From Mobula birostris (taxonomy: Eukaryota), in the NCBI RefSeq assembly GCF_030028105.1, contig NC_092374.1:39751016-39815015 (forward strand): a stretch of 64,000 nt of DNA, given 5' to 3'. Shown one piece after another: positions 25,550-37,509 of the stretch. Below the pieces are notes generated by a model, which saw only the letters and a list, made by a program, of their open reading frames with translations, did not search any database and had not been told where the DNA came from. Made by a program: the position numbers and the translations under genes. Every line of letters begins with the position of its first letter. The stretch's first letter is position 1.

Positions 25550-25790
25550 GTAGCTATCCCACAAGTCAGGGGTCTGTGAATTCAAACACTGGTTCGAAGA
25601 CCTAAGCACACAATCCAGACTAACACTCCACAACACAAATCAGGCAATTGCCCAACAGGTGTCTGTCACCCATGGCATTTTTCAAAGAACAGGAAGTGCT
25701 TCATGTTTTCCAACCAATTCTCAACCCTCTATATAGGTAACCTCTAGAAGATAGCTAGTCACATACAAACTTATTTGTGTTTCTGAGACT
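25550..25790 (+). mobile_element. Degenerate tRNA-headed SINE (DeuSINE/SacSINE-like), followed by a CR1 tail at ~25810-26140
   Basis: B-box-like gaattcaaac followed by 'agacctaagcacacaatccagactaacactcc', resembling shark DeuSINE bodies; recognised from memory only. Confidence 0.4.
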
Positions 25791-27501
25791 ATGCTGCAAC
25801 AATCTGCCAGTTGTTTGCAGTTGCAGAGTCATAAATAAGAGGACATGGTTACAGACTCAGGGGCCAATTTAAAACTGAGCAGTGGAGGAATTTCTTCTCT
25901 TAAAGAGTTGTGAATCTCTGTAACACTTTGACCCAGAGGCTGATGAAGGGCAGATCATTAGATATATTTGAAGTGCAGATATACCAATATTTGGAAGATT
26001 GAGGAATTGGGACGGGCACAGAAGAATTGAGACCAGCACAGATGAGTCCTGGTCATAATGAATAGCAGGACATGTTTGCATTAAGAACATTGTGAAGGGC
26101 CAGGCTGCATAATCCTCTCATATTTTCTTGTGATCTTATGCCATGGTACTCTAAAGTGCAGAAAGTGACTACAAAGGTCTGCTATGACAGTACATAAATT
26201 TATTTATATTCTTTCTTTCCAAAAATGTACAATTTAATGATTTACAATCTCAATGGCACAACAAATGGTCAAATAAACCAAACTCCTAAAGGAATATCCA
26301 GGAAAACACATTAATACAAAGTAGACATAACAATTCTGACCAACTATTTTCCTTAAAACATTTCTATACTGCAAGACCATTAACATCTTCTACTCTTGCC
26401 TTCATAATCTTATTTAATCTTTAAATAATATTAATCTTAAATATTATTTATTTTTTACTTAGAGATACAGTCAAGCAACTGCTAAATATGTTTTTAAAAC
26501 TAGAACAAGGATTCTAAATGTTGAAACGCAACTGCAAACCTCATGGAACAACACTGATTGTAAGGTTTCTGATTTAGAGTTTTCTTGGATATCATTCAAA
26601 CAGATTAGCACCTTAACAATATAGTGAAGGTAATTATGACTTTTTAGTTAAATTATGACTATGGGCCAAATCAAATTAAAAGCTGACAAACTGATTGATG
26701 TGCTGAGAGGATAACCTTACAGGGAATACTTACAAGAAACACAGAACGGCATCACCAAATTCATGTTGTCTTCTGGTTTAAATGATGACTTTTATTGTTA
26801 GGGATTGGAGCACACCAATAATCAGGTCCTGCGCAACCCTACAAAACTTCTTTTTCTTGGGGCATAGGCCACAATAGCAGGACGCCAGAGCCCTCTGTCC
26901 TGGGCCGATAGAAGGTTGGTAGGCCCTGTGGATCCTGCTTTCACCATACAACTTCAGACTTCATCCTTCCTCTCCCAGGAATGAGGTCGTAGGAACTTCT
27001 GTTGGCGTTTCTGTAGCTCTTTTTTTTTTATATAATAATGGGATGGGGTTGCTAGCCCCATGCCCAACCGTCCTCCTTCACAGCCAGGGTTGGGACCATC
27101 CATGGCAAGATTTACCATTCAAAACTGGTGGTAACAATTTATGCAATTTCCTTATTTGAAAAATATTTGACTTGCCTTGAAGGTGCCTTAATTCGAAGGG
27201 GGAACTAACTCCTGATGAAACACTTGGCAAATAAATCACTACTCCATAACTTAAAAGAATGAGAGAAAATTTGAAAGATTCTGAGGTACTTGACAGGGTA
27301 GAAAATGCAATAATCTTTCTCCTTTTAAGGGCAGTTAGAACTAAGTGGCTTAATACAGGATGAAGGATTGCCTGTTTAAGACAAATTAGAGGTATTTCTT
27401 TATTCAATTATGACCGTATTAAATGGCAGAAAAGGTTCAAAGGACTACACAGGTTTCTAGTTGCTTTCCCCACACATTAAATATACTTATACTGGACTCA
27501 C

Positions 27502-27594
27502 CCTTGTAGAGGCAGTTACTGCATAGTTGTAGGGAGCAACTGAAGAAATATCTACATTTGTCACAGCACCAAACTCTTTGATCTGAACTGGAGC
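27502..27594 (-). CDS. UTP15: UTP15 coding exon 2 ([31 protein letters not shown])
   Basis: 93 nt, tttcag|...|gtgagt. Confidence 0.95.
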
Positions 27595-28092
27595 CTGAAA
27601 CAAGGAAAAGGCAAGGATAAACTAATTGGTATTTTCATCAAATGCTCTCTCACAAACAAATGATGTGGCTTCAGATGAGTTCCTCAACATAATACTTCGA
27701 ACTTCTTAAAATCCAGTAATATGGACAGTGACTACCAATTTCTAGTTAAATATGTATAAGAATAACTTGCAAAGAGGGTTCAATGTAACTCTACTAACTA
27801 TATATTCGGCAATAAGCAGCTCAAAATTCAGAAGTGTACAAAAGTGGCAACTTTTTAATATTTCTTGGTGTTATAGCTAAATGCTCCTGTTGTAATTAAA
27901 AGCATTTTGATTATCATATACATTACAGTGGCGTTTGATAATCAGCCAAGTGAATTAAGGATGCAGGCATTCTCCCTTCTAATTTACAAATTAGTGAACG
28001 TTAATATTTCTGCCAACAAATAATAAAATATGCTCACATGTAATAAATCTGCTCTTTGACCAGCACCGAAAGGTTATTTATCATGATCCTAC

Positions 28093-28182
28093 CTTATATT
28101 TTTTCCAGTAAACTGTGTCTCGTGTGACAGCTTCACCAAGTTTTGGGTACTTCTGGATTACAGTTGGTTTGTACGAAGTCAT
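28093..28182 (-). CDS. UTP15: UTP15 first coding exon ([30 protein letters not shown]); exon begins at 28224
   Basis: ATG at 28182, 90 coding nt, donor gtagga, acceptor cctgtacag at 28225; similar to human [30 protein letters not shown]. Confidence 0.95.
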
Positions 28183-28834
28183 TGCTTTTCAATTGATATT
28201 CCAATACCACCTTTTCTCATGCACCTGTACAGGATCAAAAATTGAAATACAACATAATAGCTACTGTTCATCCCTTCAACAATAAAACATAGAAACATTT
28301 ATTACTTGAAAATAAAATCAAGTATACCTCATGCGAAACTAAAGTGCTCACTGCCCACAATTGACTCATATATGATATCTTATCAGATATGCAACTCAAG
28401 AAAGAAAATCAGATGTACTAAATTGATGGAGAAAATGTTTGCTTGGTTATTCATGCCAGTGCTGTATTCTCAAAAGATTTGAAACCACGAACGGGCTTCC
28501 TTTCCCTATAATAAACTATTCTAAAGCTGCTCAGATGTCTGCATCAATTATTTCAATTGAATTTCTCATCATAGCCATCTGTGCCATGTTTCAACTGCTT
28601 TCCTAAACACATAATAAATATTGTGAGGAAACTGCCTCCATCATCCGCTCAGTGAAATAATCCTTTCTTGAACGCCCTGTCATTTTCCTACCCCTTATTT
28701 TAATCCTATGCCCTTTGATCATGGAAATATCCAATAGGAAATATCGATCGGCTAACCAACAACCTTCTCCAATCCAAGGAAAAACAAATCCAATTTATCC
28801 AATCCCATCTCACGCCCTGTAAACAAAAAATAGT

Positions 28835-30268
28835 TGTGGGTTCCGTTCTGGATTAGGTCAGGGTATTCGTATATGTATTCGCAAACAAAGGAGACAACGC
28901 ACGTGTTCAAGGCACAAGAAAACACTTTATTCAAACTAGGACATGTGCAATACAAAAGGAAAAACAAATAGCAGTAAGTAGTAGAGGTACACAAGTCAAA
29001 ATAATACTTATTCTTTAAATGAGCTGATGTGTGGAATGATGCAGCCTCTCCTCTCTCTCTCTCTCCAACTCAATGTACTGTTCTTTATCTTAGCACAAGC
29101 CACCAGCCGTGACCTTGCATAGGACAAAACTCTCTTCTACTTGCACCAAGCCGCCCCTTTTATACCCTTCAAAACCCCTTACACTGGTTCTTTTCCATGC
29201 ATTTGGTACCAGCACCTGCACAATGGCCTCGCCTTCCTGTGAAGAACATGTTTCACTGTCATGTCTCTAGACTTGTACTCCCGTAACTTTCTCTAAACAT
29301 CACTGTGGACTGGTTCTCTTGTACTTTCTCAAGACAATCCCTCTCCAAACTAACAGCACTTTGCCTTACAGACTTCCATTTTAGGAAACGATAATTCCTA
29401 ACGATAATTACTCATATTTATGCACATGCGCCGGTCGTGCAGGCAGCCTGGTACAGCCCTTCCGATCTATTCTTACTTTCTTCTTCTTACTTGTAACTTA
29501 CATTATTTTTTGTATTTTTTTTCTCACGGTAACACGTCGCAGCTGCACCCTCTCTAACATGCTGGTAGAGAGAGTTTTATTTGGGTTTTTTTTAGCGCTG
29601 GAAATAGTTACATCCTGACACGCGGGACAGAAGCAAGGTCGCATTGTTCATTCCAGGGACCAGCTAATGCCGGCCGGTTTAGCTAACAGAGCGGCGGACA
29701 CCCCTGCTGAAATCCAGAGGAAAACACACAGAGGATGCAGAGGGGGATCACAAAGTCGAGGAAAGAGGACTGGGTCGAGTCAACAGAGACTTATGGAGAA
29801 GAGGAGTTCACTGGGTAATACCATTCCGGCTGACCGGAAGTGCACTGAGGGCAGTAAGCGTAAAGGAGTTGGGTGCTTACTGATCTGGTTAACAACAGAT
29901 GGTGCAATCCGGGGCATATTATGATTGAGGAACGTGTTTGTAGACCGAATATTGAACTTTTTACTGTTGGACTTCGGCCACATTCCACCGTGATACAACA
30001 CTTGGCGGCACGAGAGGTTGTTCCTGCCTGTGGCCATCGAACGTGCAGCTCCTCCCATGGAGGGTCAGACACCCTGAGCCAGTAGACTGGTCCTGGACTT
30101 ATTTTCCATCTGGCATAGTTTGCATTTTGTTGTTTGATTGTTTTGTGGTTTTTGTATTGTTATATTTACGCTCTATTCTTGGTTGGTGAGGCTGTAACGA
30201 AACTAAATTTCCCTCGGGATTAATAAAGTATATCTATCTATAATTCCGTCTATCATTGTGATAACACA
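28835..30268 (-). mobile_element. Minus-strand LTR-like element interrupted by a Rex1 derivative
   Basis: Candidate TG/CA termini, minus-strand TATAAAA at 29158-29164 and AATAAA at 28926-28931; no TSD found and boundaries are approximate. Confidence 0.55.
29480..30243 (+). mobile_element. Internally deleted Rex1/Babar-type LINE (~760 bp)
   Basis: 5' region, endonuclease piece VNNRWCNPGHIMIEERVCRPNIELFTVGLRP, ORF end (FLPVAI-like) and tail tttccctcgggattaataaagtatatctatcta. Confidence 0.7.
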
Positions 30269-30960
30269 AACGGTGTATCTAGTGACCCTCTCCCCATGCT
30301 GAGGTGCAAAGAATGATAGAGGAAGAGAGAGAATGATGGACATCAGGGGCACGAAGGTTGATTTGGAGTGGCCCAATCTCTCCCTCCCCCAAACATCTTG
30401 TGTAGTGGTGGGACCAGGGTCCTCGATCAGTCAGTAATGAAGCCTCTCCATCATGGAGACCCGAGGCCTTACTTAACTCTTATTTTGCGGTGGAGAGGAT
30501 GGAACAGACAAAAGGCTAATGCTTTACTGGACACAGGTGCTAAGTATTTGATTATGAGCGGAAACCTTGACTGGCATCAGGGGCCTCTAGTGCAAATGGA
30601 GGGTTAAGGAGGGAATATACTAAAAGAACAGGAAACAACAATCTGATTGACTACTGGGGAGGGGCCACCGATGGGAGCCCGAGTATTGATAGTTGTGTTA
30701 CATGAAAATATATTTGGAATAAATGTGCTGCAGGGACAGACAGTGCAGGGAAAGTTCACGTTTGGCATTTTAAAAGCAACTGTTTTCGTGGGGTTCACAA
30801 AGTGGGAGCCTCTTACAATACCGCTCTCAAGTTTCATGGTTTGTGTGAAACAGTACTGACAGGGGGACACACAGTGGTCTGAGACTCCATAGCAGAGCTA
30901 TAAAAACAAGGTGTGGTCAGATATGCAACACGAGTTTACAGTCCTGTCTGGCCAGTAAAG

Positions 30961-31035
30961 AATTCCCAACCTGGTTCCACGGACCCCTAGTTAATGGTAG
31001 GGGCCCATGGCATAAAAAAAAGTTGGGAGCCCCTG
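30961..31035. mobile_element. 75-bp hAT MITE inside the ERV RT
   Basis: 8-bp TSD cagtaaag (30953-30960 and 31036-31043); TIR-like ttcccaac and gttgggagcccctg; removing it restores WPVKK. Confidence 0.85.
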
Positions 31036-33523
31036 CAGTAAAGAAATCAGACAGCAGCTGGAGGATGAAAGTTGATTACTGCCAGTTAAAGAAACATGCC
31101 CGTCGTTAACTGTGCTGTCCCAGACATAGTGACTTAGTGGAAAGAATGTCACCAGGAGACGAGAAATGGTGCGCTAGAATAGATCTGGTCAACACATTCT
31201 TTTCCATTCCCATATCATCAGACTCACAGAATCAATTTGACTCCATGAGGAGGCAGACAGTACATTTTTACCAGATTGCCTCAGGGATAAGTGCATAGCC
31301 CTACCTTTTGTCATGGACTGATGGCGCAAGGCCTCAATGCATGTACTCTGCTGCCTGATATACAGGTGATGCCCTTTATAGATGACATCATGCTGACAGG
31401 ATCCACTGAGGAAGGGGCAGCTGAAGCCTGGCATACTGGTAAGCCATGTGAGGGACCAAGAATGGGTGGTGAATCCACAGAAAACACACAGGCTGAGCCA
31501 GACTGTCCAGTTACTGGGTATCCAATGGGTGTCAGGACATTAAATAATCCCAAAGTATAGAATTAAGATAACTGAAATGTCTACCACCACTAATAAGCAA
31601 GAGCCCCAAAGGTTCATGGGGCTATTGGGCTACCAGAGGCAGTACATACCACACCAAACTGTCCTGTTATGATCCTTATATAAAGCAGTTAGGAAGAAAG
31701 TAGCTTCTGTAAATGGAATCAGAGCAGTAACAGGCATACAAGCCTGCTAAGGAAGCAATGGCTCAGGCCCTGCCTATGGCTCCTCATTTGCCCAGACTGT
31801 CTTTTGAGCTACAAAGGTATCCATACATCAGAAAACTGCTGTATGGAGATAATGGCAAAGACAGAATGGGGTGAACACTCCCCCAGAGGTTTGGTCCTGC
31901 ACCCTGCCTGACACAGCTGAACGATACACATCCTTTGAAAGACAGCTGCGAGCCTGTACTGGGTATTGGTGGATATAGAGGCCTCCACAGAGGAAAGCAA
32001 GGTAATCACGAGACCCGGCCTCCCCATTGTGATGTGGGTGCTCTGAGAGCTCCACTAACAGAGTGAGGAAGGTGCAGCAAGCCTCTATTGTGAAACAGAA
32101 CCGGTACATCACAGGACAGGCAAATAAGGGCTCGCAGACAGTCAGCAAATCACACAAAAGTGTAGCCCACATGCCTGTGGACAGGAACAGGACTGAAACT
32201 GCCAAACCCCCTATTCCAGTGCCTCTCTCTCCTGTTACTGGGGGATGTACCACACAAAACAGTTGTGTAAAGCAGACAAAACGGCACGCCTGTTTTATGG
32301 ACAGAACTGATCACTGGAAAGCCGGAGTCCAGGGGTGGGGAGCTGCTACACTGAACTCAGTCACGAGCGCAGTTCTGCCACAGCAGGGAGAGGGCAGTCC
32401 CAGCCAGCCAGCTGAACTGGCAGCAGTCAGCTTACCAGTGCAGCAAGAAACAAGTCAGCTGCAAACACACACACCAGACTCATGGGCAGTTATGAATAGA
32501 ATGGCAGTGTGGATGACAGGGTGGCAACAGCAAAGCTGGCAGATACAGGGAAAGTCTTTTGCGAAAAGATCTGGAAAGTGGATAACAAATGAATATCAGT
32601 TTTTCCATTCAGACGCTCACCAGAAAGATGCCTCTCTATCCCCCGCCTTCAATAATAAACTCCTCCACGACCTGGATCAACATGCTGCCTTTCGTGTGGA
32701 GGTCTGCGTGCTTTAAGGACTCCACCAGGTGATGCCAACTCAGGGCCACCTATGTTGGAACGGCTGTGGACGAGATGCCAGATAAAGATTGATCCAACCC
32801 CGGATTCCGAATGGACAGACTCACGTCTGCCCCTCCCGGGCTACACTTTGCCATATGAAACAACAAATAATAAAGTGGACCAGTTAATCTGGGTGTGTCA
32901 AGTCAACAACCCTGAATTTTGTGCGATGGGACAATGAGCACATTATTTGGCTGGTCATTTGGGAGTGGATGGCACAATGGAATGGGCAAGACAACCAGGT
33001 ATATAACTACCAGTACACATGGCAAAAGTTATTACTGCATGTGATATTTATCAGCAGATCAAAAGAAGAGCACCCAGAGAAGCTGATTGCCCACATTAAA
33101 AGGGCAACTGGTCCAGCCCAGGTATGGCAGGTTGATTACATTGGATCCCTGCCACTGCAGCAACAATTTAAATATTTACCATGGTTGATTCCTATTCGCA
33201 CCAAAGGGATTGCAGAAGGTAATTAGTTGCTACGGGGACCTTCAAGAAATACAGTCAGATGATAGGTGAAACTGTGAAAGACTGGGCTACCAGTAGAGGA
33301 ATTCACTGGGTATACCACATACCCTATCACCCTCAAGCATCAGGGCTAATCGAAAGAATGAAAGCACTTTTAAAGCAACAGATTTGTTTATTGACACCTT
33401 ACAGGGGTGGCTGACTGCACTATGCCAACATGAGGAAATCTGCAGGTGCTGGAATTTCAAGCAACACACATAAAAGTTGCTGGTGGATGCAGCAGGCCAG
33501 GCAACATCTATAGGAAGAGGTAC

Positions 33524-33559
33524 AGTCGATGTTTCGGGCCGAGACCCTTCATCAGGACT
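33524..33559 (-). ncRNA. Minimal hammerhead motif, second copy, on the UTP15 sense strand
   Basis: The reverse complement reads AGTC-CTGATGA-AGGGTCTCGGCCC-GAAAC-ATC-GACT. Confidence 0.65.
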
Positions 33560-34716
33560 AACTGAAAGAACAGCTAGTAAGAGATTTGAAAGTGGGAGGG
33601 AGAGGGGGAGATCTGAAATGATAGGAGAAGACAGGAGGGGGAGAGATGAAGCCAAGAGCTGGACAGTTGATTGGCAAAAGGGATATGAAAGGATCATGGG
33701 ATGGGAGGCCTAGGGAGAAAGAAAGGGGGAGGAAGGGAAGCCCAGAGGATGGGCAATAACGGATGGGGTGCGAGGGGGAGGTGGGGCATTAATGAAAGTT
33801 AGAGAAGTCAGTGTTCATGCCATCAGGTTGGAGGCTACCCAGGTGGAATATGTGTTGTTCCTCCAACCTGAGTGTGGTTTCATCTTTACAGTAGAGGAGG
33901 CCGTGGATAGACATATCAGAAAGGGAATAGGACATGGAATTAAAATGTGTGGCCACTGGGAGATCCTGCTTTCTCTGGCGGACAGAGCATCGGTGTTCAG
34001 CGAAACGGTCTCCCAGTTTGCGTCAGGTCTTGCCAATATATAGAAGGCCACATCGGGAGCACCGGACGCAGTATATCACCCCAGCCGACTCACAGGTGAG
34101 GTGTCGCCTCACCTGGAAGGACTGTCTGGGGCCCTGAATGGTAGTGAGGGAGGAAGTGTAAGGGCATGTGTAGCACTTGTTCTGCTTACAAGGATACGTG
34201 CCAGGAGGGAGATCAGTGGGAAGGGATGGGGGTGGGGGGCGAACGGACAAGGGAGTCGTGTAGGGACCGATCCCTGCGGAAAGTTTCTGCAGGGACGATC
34301 CCTTCGTCCCACCCCCCCCCCCCGCTTTCTGCCCATTCCATGTCCCATTCCCATTCTGATATACCTATCCACAGCCTCCTCTACTGTGAAGATGAAGCCA
34401 CACTCAGGTTGGAGGAACAACACCTCATATTCCGTCTGGGTAGCCTCCAACCTGATGGCATGAACACTGACTTCTCAAACTTCCGCTAATGCCCCACCTC
34501 CCCCTCGTACCCCATCCATTATTACCCATCCTCTGGGCTTCCCCCTCCCCCTTTCTTTCTCCCTAGGCCTCCCGTCCCATGATCCTCTCATATCCCTTTT
34601 GCCAATCACCTGTCCAGCTCTTGGCTCCATCCCCCCCCCTCCCGTATTCTCCTATCATTTTGGATCTCCCCCTCCCTCTCTCACTTTCAAATCTCTTACT
34701 AGCTGTTCTTTCAGTT

Positions 34717-34752
34717 AGTCCTGACGAAGGGTCTCGGCCCGAAACGTCGACT
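34717..34752 (+). ncRNA. Minimal type I hammerhead ribozyme motif in a Penelope pLTR
   Basis: AGTC-CTGACGA-A-GGGT(CTCG)GCCC-GAAAC-GTC-GACT: catalytic boxes, stem I, stem II and a GUC cleavage triplet. Confidence 0.75.
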
Positions 34753-36690
34753 GTACCTCTTCCTATAGATGTTGCCTGGCCTGCTGCGTCCACCAGCAAC
34801 TATTATGCGTGTTGCACTATGCCAAGCCTTCTACAATCTTAAACAACAGACCTTTACCCCAAGTATCACCAATGAACAGGGTGATCAACTGCAGCCGAGA
34901 GCCAGAGGAGGAAACAGGCACTGAAGAAACAGCTCCCACAGTAGGGGGAAAGTACAGGTGCACATTCCAAATTCTCCGGTTTGCAAGGAGGAGATTGTAG
35001 GAAATGTATACAGTAACACTTACCCAAAACACTCCATCCCAGCCGATGTCCTGGTGAATCTCCTCTCACCTTTCCACTATCATCACATTCTTCTCACAAA
35101 GCAACAACCAGAACAGAACACAATATTCAAGCAGCGGTTTAACTATGATTTGTGTAGTTGCATCATCACCTCTCAGTTCTTGTCCCTCCTTAATTGCCTC
35201 AGCTCCTGCCTCCAAGGATCCTTCGACCAAGTCATTCAATATTTGCTAGCACGCACTGTGTCATAAACTAGTCTTATCTGTCCTTTTAAAATACATTATC
35301 TCCATTTCTTCTGAATTAAACTGTATGTGGCATTTTCTGCTCATCTTATTAACTACAGTCGTTTTGTCACAGCACAGAAGCAGGTTCTTAGGCCCATCAT
35401 GAGCACATCAACCATTAAATACCTATTTATACCATTTCAATTTACTAGAACCTGGTCCACAGCCTACTGTCTTGATCCTTAAATGTTGTGAGAGTAATTA
35501 CCACCATCAGCTTCTCCAGACAGTGCACTCCAGACTGCAACCATGAATGGCAAAGCTTCTTCCTCAGATCCCCTTAAAACCTCCTAGTCCTCATTTAAAC
35601 TTATGTGATCAGTCTCAAAGCATCTCTGCCATGGGAAAATGTTTCGTGCTATCCATCCTACCTATGCCTCAATTTTAAAAGCTCACCTCACTCCCCTGGA
35701 ACTTTTTAGCTCTTGGACCAGTCTCCCATGTGAGAGTTATTTTCAAAGCCCTCAGTGACACACTTCATCTCAAATTTTAAATTAAATTAATTACACAGGA
35801 TCCCCCTTTAACAAAGCTATACTGACTATCCCTGATCAACACCTGCCAACCTAAAGCAGTTATCCCCTGTTCCCAGATTTTTTTTGATCTTTTTTTCAAT
35901 CATTTTCCCAAGGATATATCTTCTATTTTGAATTACCCTATCTACAGCATAATTAAAATTATGCTTTATTATTGCCATATCCTTCTTATAAAAGCAGTTA
36001 TTTCCTGATTTATCTTCTGCTCTGAAACAGAGCTCCTGTCAAGTTATATCAACATACTTAACACCAATGATTTCTCCCTTTTACTGTTTATTATTTATAA
36101 GCCAAACTACATCACGAGCTCCTGAAGCAATATCATTCCTCACCTCTAAAGTAATCGCATCCTTTGTTAACAGCTACTTTCCGTCTGCTTTCTGCAAACC
36201 CTTCCAAAATATTTGTGAATATTCAGTTCGTACGACTGGTCACCTTACAATCTGTAACGGCTCTCAAACCACATCATTTAGTTCTATTAATGCATTCTAT
36301 TGGTGGTATAAAACTCGTACTGTTACACGTACTTTCCGTTACTAATTAAGTTTGAGGGGGTGAGATCCTGGGGGGGAAAAACAGAACACGTTGGAAATAC
36401 TCAGCCGGTCAGGAAAAAAAACCGAGCAACTCTGAAATGTCTCCGACCTGAAACGCTTCTCTTCCCAGGGAGCGCACACAGAATGCCGGTGGTACGCAGC
36501 AGGCCAGGCAGCATCTACAGCAGCATCCGCAAATGTTCTCGTGTTTGCGTTTGATCTTCCCAGGGAGGCTGCCCGACATGCCGAGTGTTTCCACCTATTC
36601 CCTTTTTATTTTGGACTTCCAGCAGCCTTGGTTCTCTTTGAGCTGTAAAGACTGAGTAAGCAAAACTGAAAAGGTCAGCGATCCACTTAC

Positions 36691-36760
36691 CTCGCAGGCA
36701 CACAGCGGTGTCAGCACCTTCCCTCAGCAGCCATGCGACCGACCCAGGCGTCACTTCCGC
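36691..36760 (-). other. UTP15: Putative UTP15 non-coding exon 1
   Basis: CpG-rich segment ending in the consensus donor GAG|GTAAGT at 36691/36690, next to an ETS motif; the 5' boundary is approximate. Confidence 0.7.
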
Positions 36761-36964
36761 TTCTCGATCAACTTTATTAACACCAACTACACGCAGAAAC
36801 AGCATTTGTGTTTCCTTTTAAGACCGGAATGTGACATCCATCCATCCAAATACAGTCTTATCCCAACTGAGAATCGAAACCGGGGCAATTTCCCCACTGG
36901 AATATAAAATGTAATATGCCCTAGAGAATTAAAGCCTTGCTTACAACCACGGACCGGCGATTAT

Positions 36965-37150
36965 TTATCACAACACACGCAAGGTGCTAGACTCGGAACT
37001 AAGCAGGTCAGGCAGAATCTACGGATCTACGTGTCGGTCTAGAACTGGTCCTGATGAAGGGTCTCGGCCCGACACGTCGACCATTTATTCCCATCAGTGT
37101 GACCTACTAAATTCCTCCACAATTAGATTCACAGTGTCTGCAGAATCTCT
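36965..37150. mobile_element. Short Penelope-derived inverted remnant with a mutated hammerhead (37046-37083)
   Basis: TGGTC-CTGATGA-AGGGTCTCGGCCC-GACAC-GTC-GACCA. Confidence 0.7.
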
Positions 37151-37509
37151 TCGTTCAAGTTTATCATCTGACTGTACATACATACAACCAAACGAAACAA
37201 CGTTTCACCGGACCACGGTGCACCCATAAAACATATATCACATAAAACAAATATTACCATAAAAGGTTATTAAAATATAATTCAAAATACCTGTAGTGCA
37301 TAAACAATCAGTACAGTAAACTGTTTGCTGTTCCAGTGCCAGTAGTGGCAGGGTATTTATTAGCCTCACAGCCTGAGAAAAGAAATTTACCCAGTCTGGC
37401 AATCCTAGTCCTGATTTTCCAGTACCTCCTCCCTGACGGTAGTGGGTCAAAGAGGTTGTGGTAGGGATCCTCAACAATGCTCCGGGCCCAATGCTCTTGT
37501 GTTTAAGAG

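Larger units (their letters stand above)
33429..34812. mobile_element. Penelope-like element (GIY-YIG endonuclease end plus pLTR) with an inverted partial copy
   Basis: 13-bp TSD tgcactatgccaa (33416-33428 and 34813-34825). The minus strand encodes CKQNKCYTCPY...TCESAGVIYCVRCSRCGLLYIGKT (GIY-YIG). ~33465-33945 is the reverse complement of ~34330-34810. Confidence 0.92.
30330..35030 (+). mobile_element. Degraded endogenous retrovirus pro-pol, ERV-L/class III-like, no env seen
   Basis: Protease: GDPRPY...ALLDTGA. RT: VWPVKKSDSSWRMKVDY, IDLVNTFFSIPI, RLPQG*VHSPTFCHGL, FIDDIMLTG. RNase H: SQPAELAAV, PDSWAVMNRMAVW...WQIQGK. Integrase: WQVDYIGSLP, YHPQASGLIERM. Possible PPT and LTR start at 34984-35000. 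Confidence 0.85.

Noticed and set aside
28835-30268. This LTR as the 5' LTR of the adjacent ERV
   Set aside because: Its TATA and poly(A) signals face the opposite way to the ERV pol, and no PBS or gag connects them.
7557-36690. Intronic snoRNAs in UTP15
   Set aside because: No convincing C/D box pair with a terminal stem or H/ACA structure was found by eye; a covariance-model scan would be needed to exclude them.
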